From Octopus vulgaris (lineage: Eukaryota): a stretch of DNA of 64,000 nucleotides. The notes below the pieces were generated by a model. That model was not told the DNA's origin and searched no databases. It was given only the letters and a program-made list of their open reading frames with translations. Position numbers and translations under genes: made by a program. Each line of letters opens with the position of its first letter. The stretch's first letter is position 1. Positions 62,887 to 64,000 of the stretch are shown here, piece by piece. The stretch covers positions 102,672,001 to 102,736,000 of the forward strand of contig OX597822.1 in assembly GCA_951406725.2 (NCBI GenBank), read 5' to 3'.

Positions 62887-63544
62887 TAAAACCTTTCTCA
62901 ATGTCCACTTTTCTATGCTTACATAAATGAGAGGCCATTTGTTAAGGCAGATTTTCTACAGCTGGAGGTCACTCCTGTTGCCAATCCTATAACTCCTGTT
63001 TCCAAGGAAGGTAATATTCCCCTCTAGCCAGACATATTTTCACAGAAGATTGGAAGTGGCGGGCATTGTATAACAGTAACCTGCATTTACAATTATTACA
63101 TAATGTCAAGACAAGGAGACACTCACACTCACTCACTCTCTCTCTCTCTCACACACACACACACAATGGGATTCTTTCAGTTTTCATTCGGATGTTAAAA
63201 TGAAGATGATGATAATGATAATAAATACTTGTGTATGTGTATTTATGCTTGTGCTGCTTAAAAAACACTGACATAAATATTCCGTAGGAATGTCACACAT
63301 TTCCAAGAGATAACAGAGTAAAATATTTAGAGAGGAAGATAATCAAAGGGTCTTCTAAATATTGCTAATTTAGTGGAATAGTAACAGAATTTTCACTTAA
63401 AAATAATACTGGTGTAAACAGCCTCTCCAACATCATGGTGAAATACTATATTGCCATGATACTCAGCAATATCTTCTTTTCTTTGCATTGCTATCATACA
63501 GCACTAGCCCCAGCTGGTATAAGTAAACAAATATAATGTGAATT

Positions 63545-63826
63545 GTGGCCGTTGCCAGCCTCGTCTGGCCCCCGTGCCGGTGGCACGTAAAAAGCACCAT
63601 CCGATCGTGGTCGTTTTCCAGCCTCCTCTGGCACCTGTGCAGGTGGCACGTAAAGAGCACCCACTACACTCTCAGAGTGGTTGGCGTTAGGAAGGGCATC
63701 CAGCTGTAGAAGCACTGCCAGATCAGACTGGGCCTGGTGCAGCCTTCTGGCTTCCCAGACCCCAGTTGAACCGTCCAACCCAGGCTAACATGGAAAACGG
63801 ACGTTAAACAATGATGATGATGATGT
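63545..63826 (+). mobile_element. RTE 3'-end copy
   Basis: Modules, terminal domain and ATG tail. Confidence 0.8.
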
Positions 63827-64000
63827 GTTGATCATAGAAGTAATATTGGTATATTAGATGAATAAGATAAATGTTTCAATACATAATATATAGTTTACTT
63901 TACCATATCAATATATGAGTGTTACATGTACACATTGCCTGCTATTTCAGCACAGATGATGACATTTGCTTCTGCATGAGCAGAAGGAAATCTGAATATG

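Noticed and set aside
54712-64000. USP9X promoter and non-coding first exon (for example a GC box near 61531)
   Set aside because: No CpG-rich block or unambiguous donor; cannot be placed from sequence alone and may lie outside the window.

Overview
AT-rich eukaryotic genomic DNA, most likely an octopus (coleoid cephalopod); this is inferred from the repeat families. The window holds the 5' part of one large minus-strand gene, a USP9X / fat facets (FAF) deubiquitinase orthologue. I traced 20 GT-AG coding exons from ATG 54700 down to 829. They splice into one open frame of 2636 nt (about 878 aa of the N-terminal region). The gene continues past position 1, and a non-coding 5' exon must lie above 54711. 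The introns are filled with RTE-clade LINE fragments and their (ATG)n-tailed 3' ends, four tRNA-derived SINE families, piggyBac-type TTAA elements, a probable Helitron and several fold-back repeats. The most unusual signal is a set of hammerhead-ribozyme-like motifs in the repeats. One has all core elements in a non-circularly permuted order behind a HERO-like LINE end (34762-34876). One is a minimal motif with the compensatory G3-C8 core on the pre-mRNA strand (22910-22960). Type I motifs occur at 41257-41328 and, as a back-to-back pair, in a 535-bp palindrome (62314-62848). All RNA structures were read by eye; none is computed or tested.
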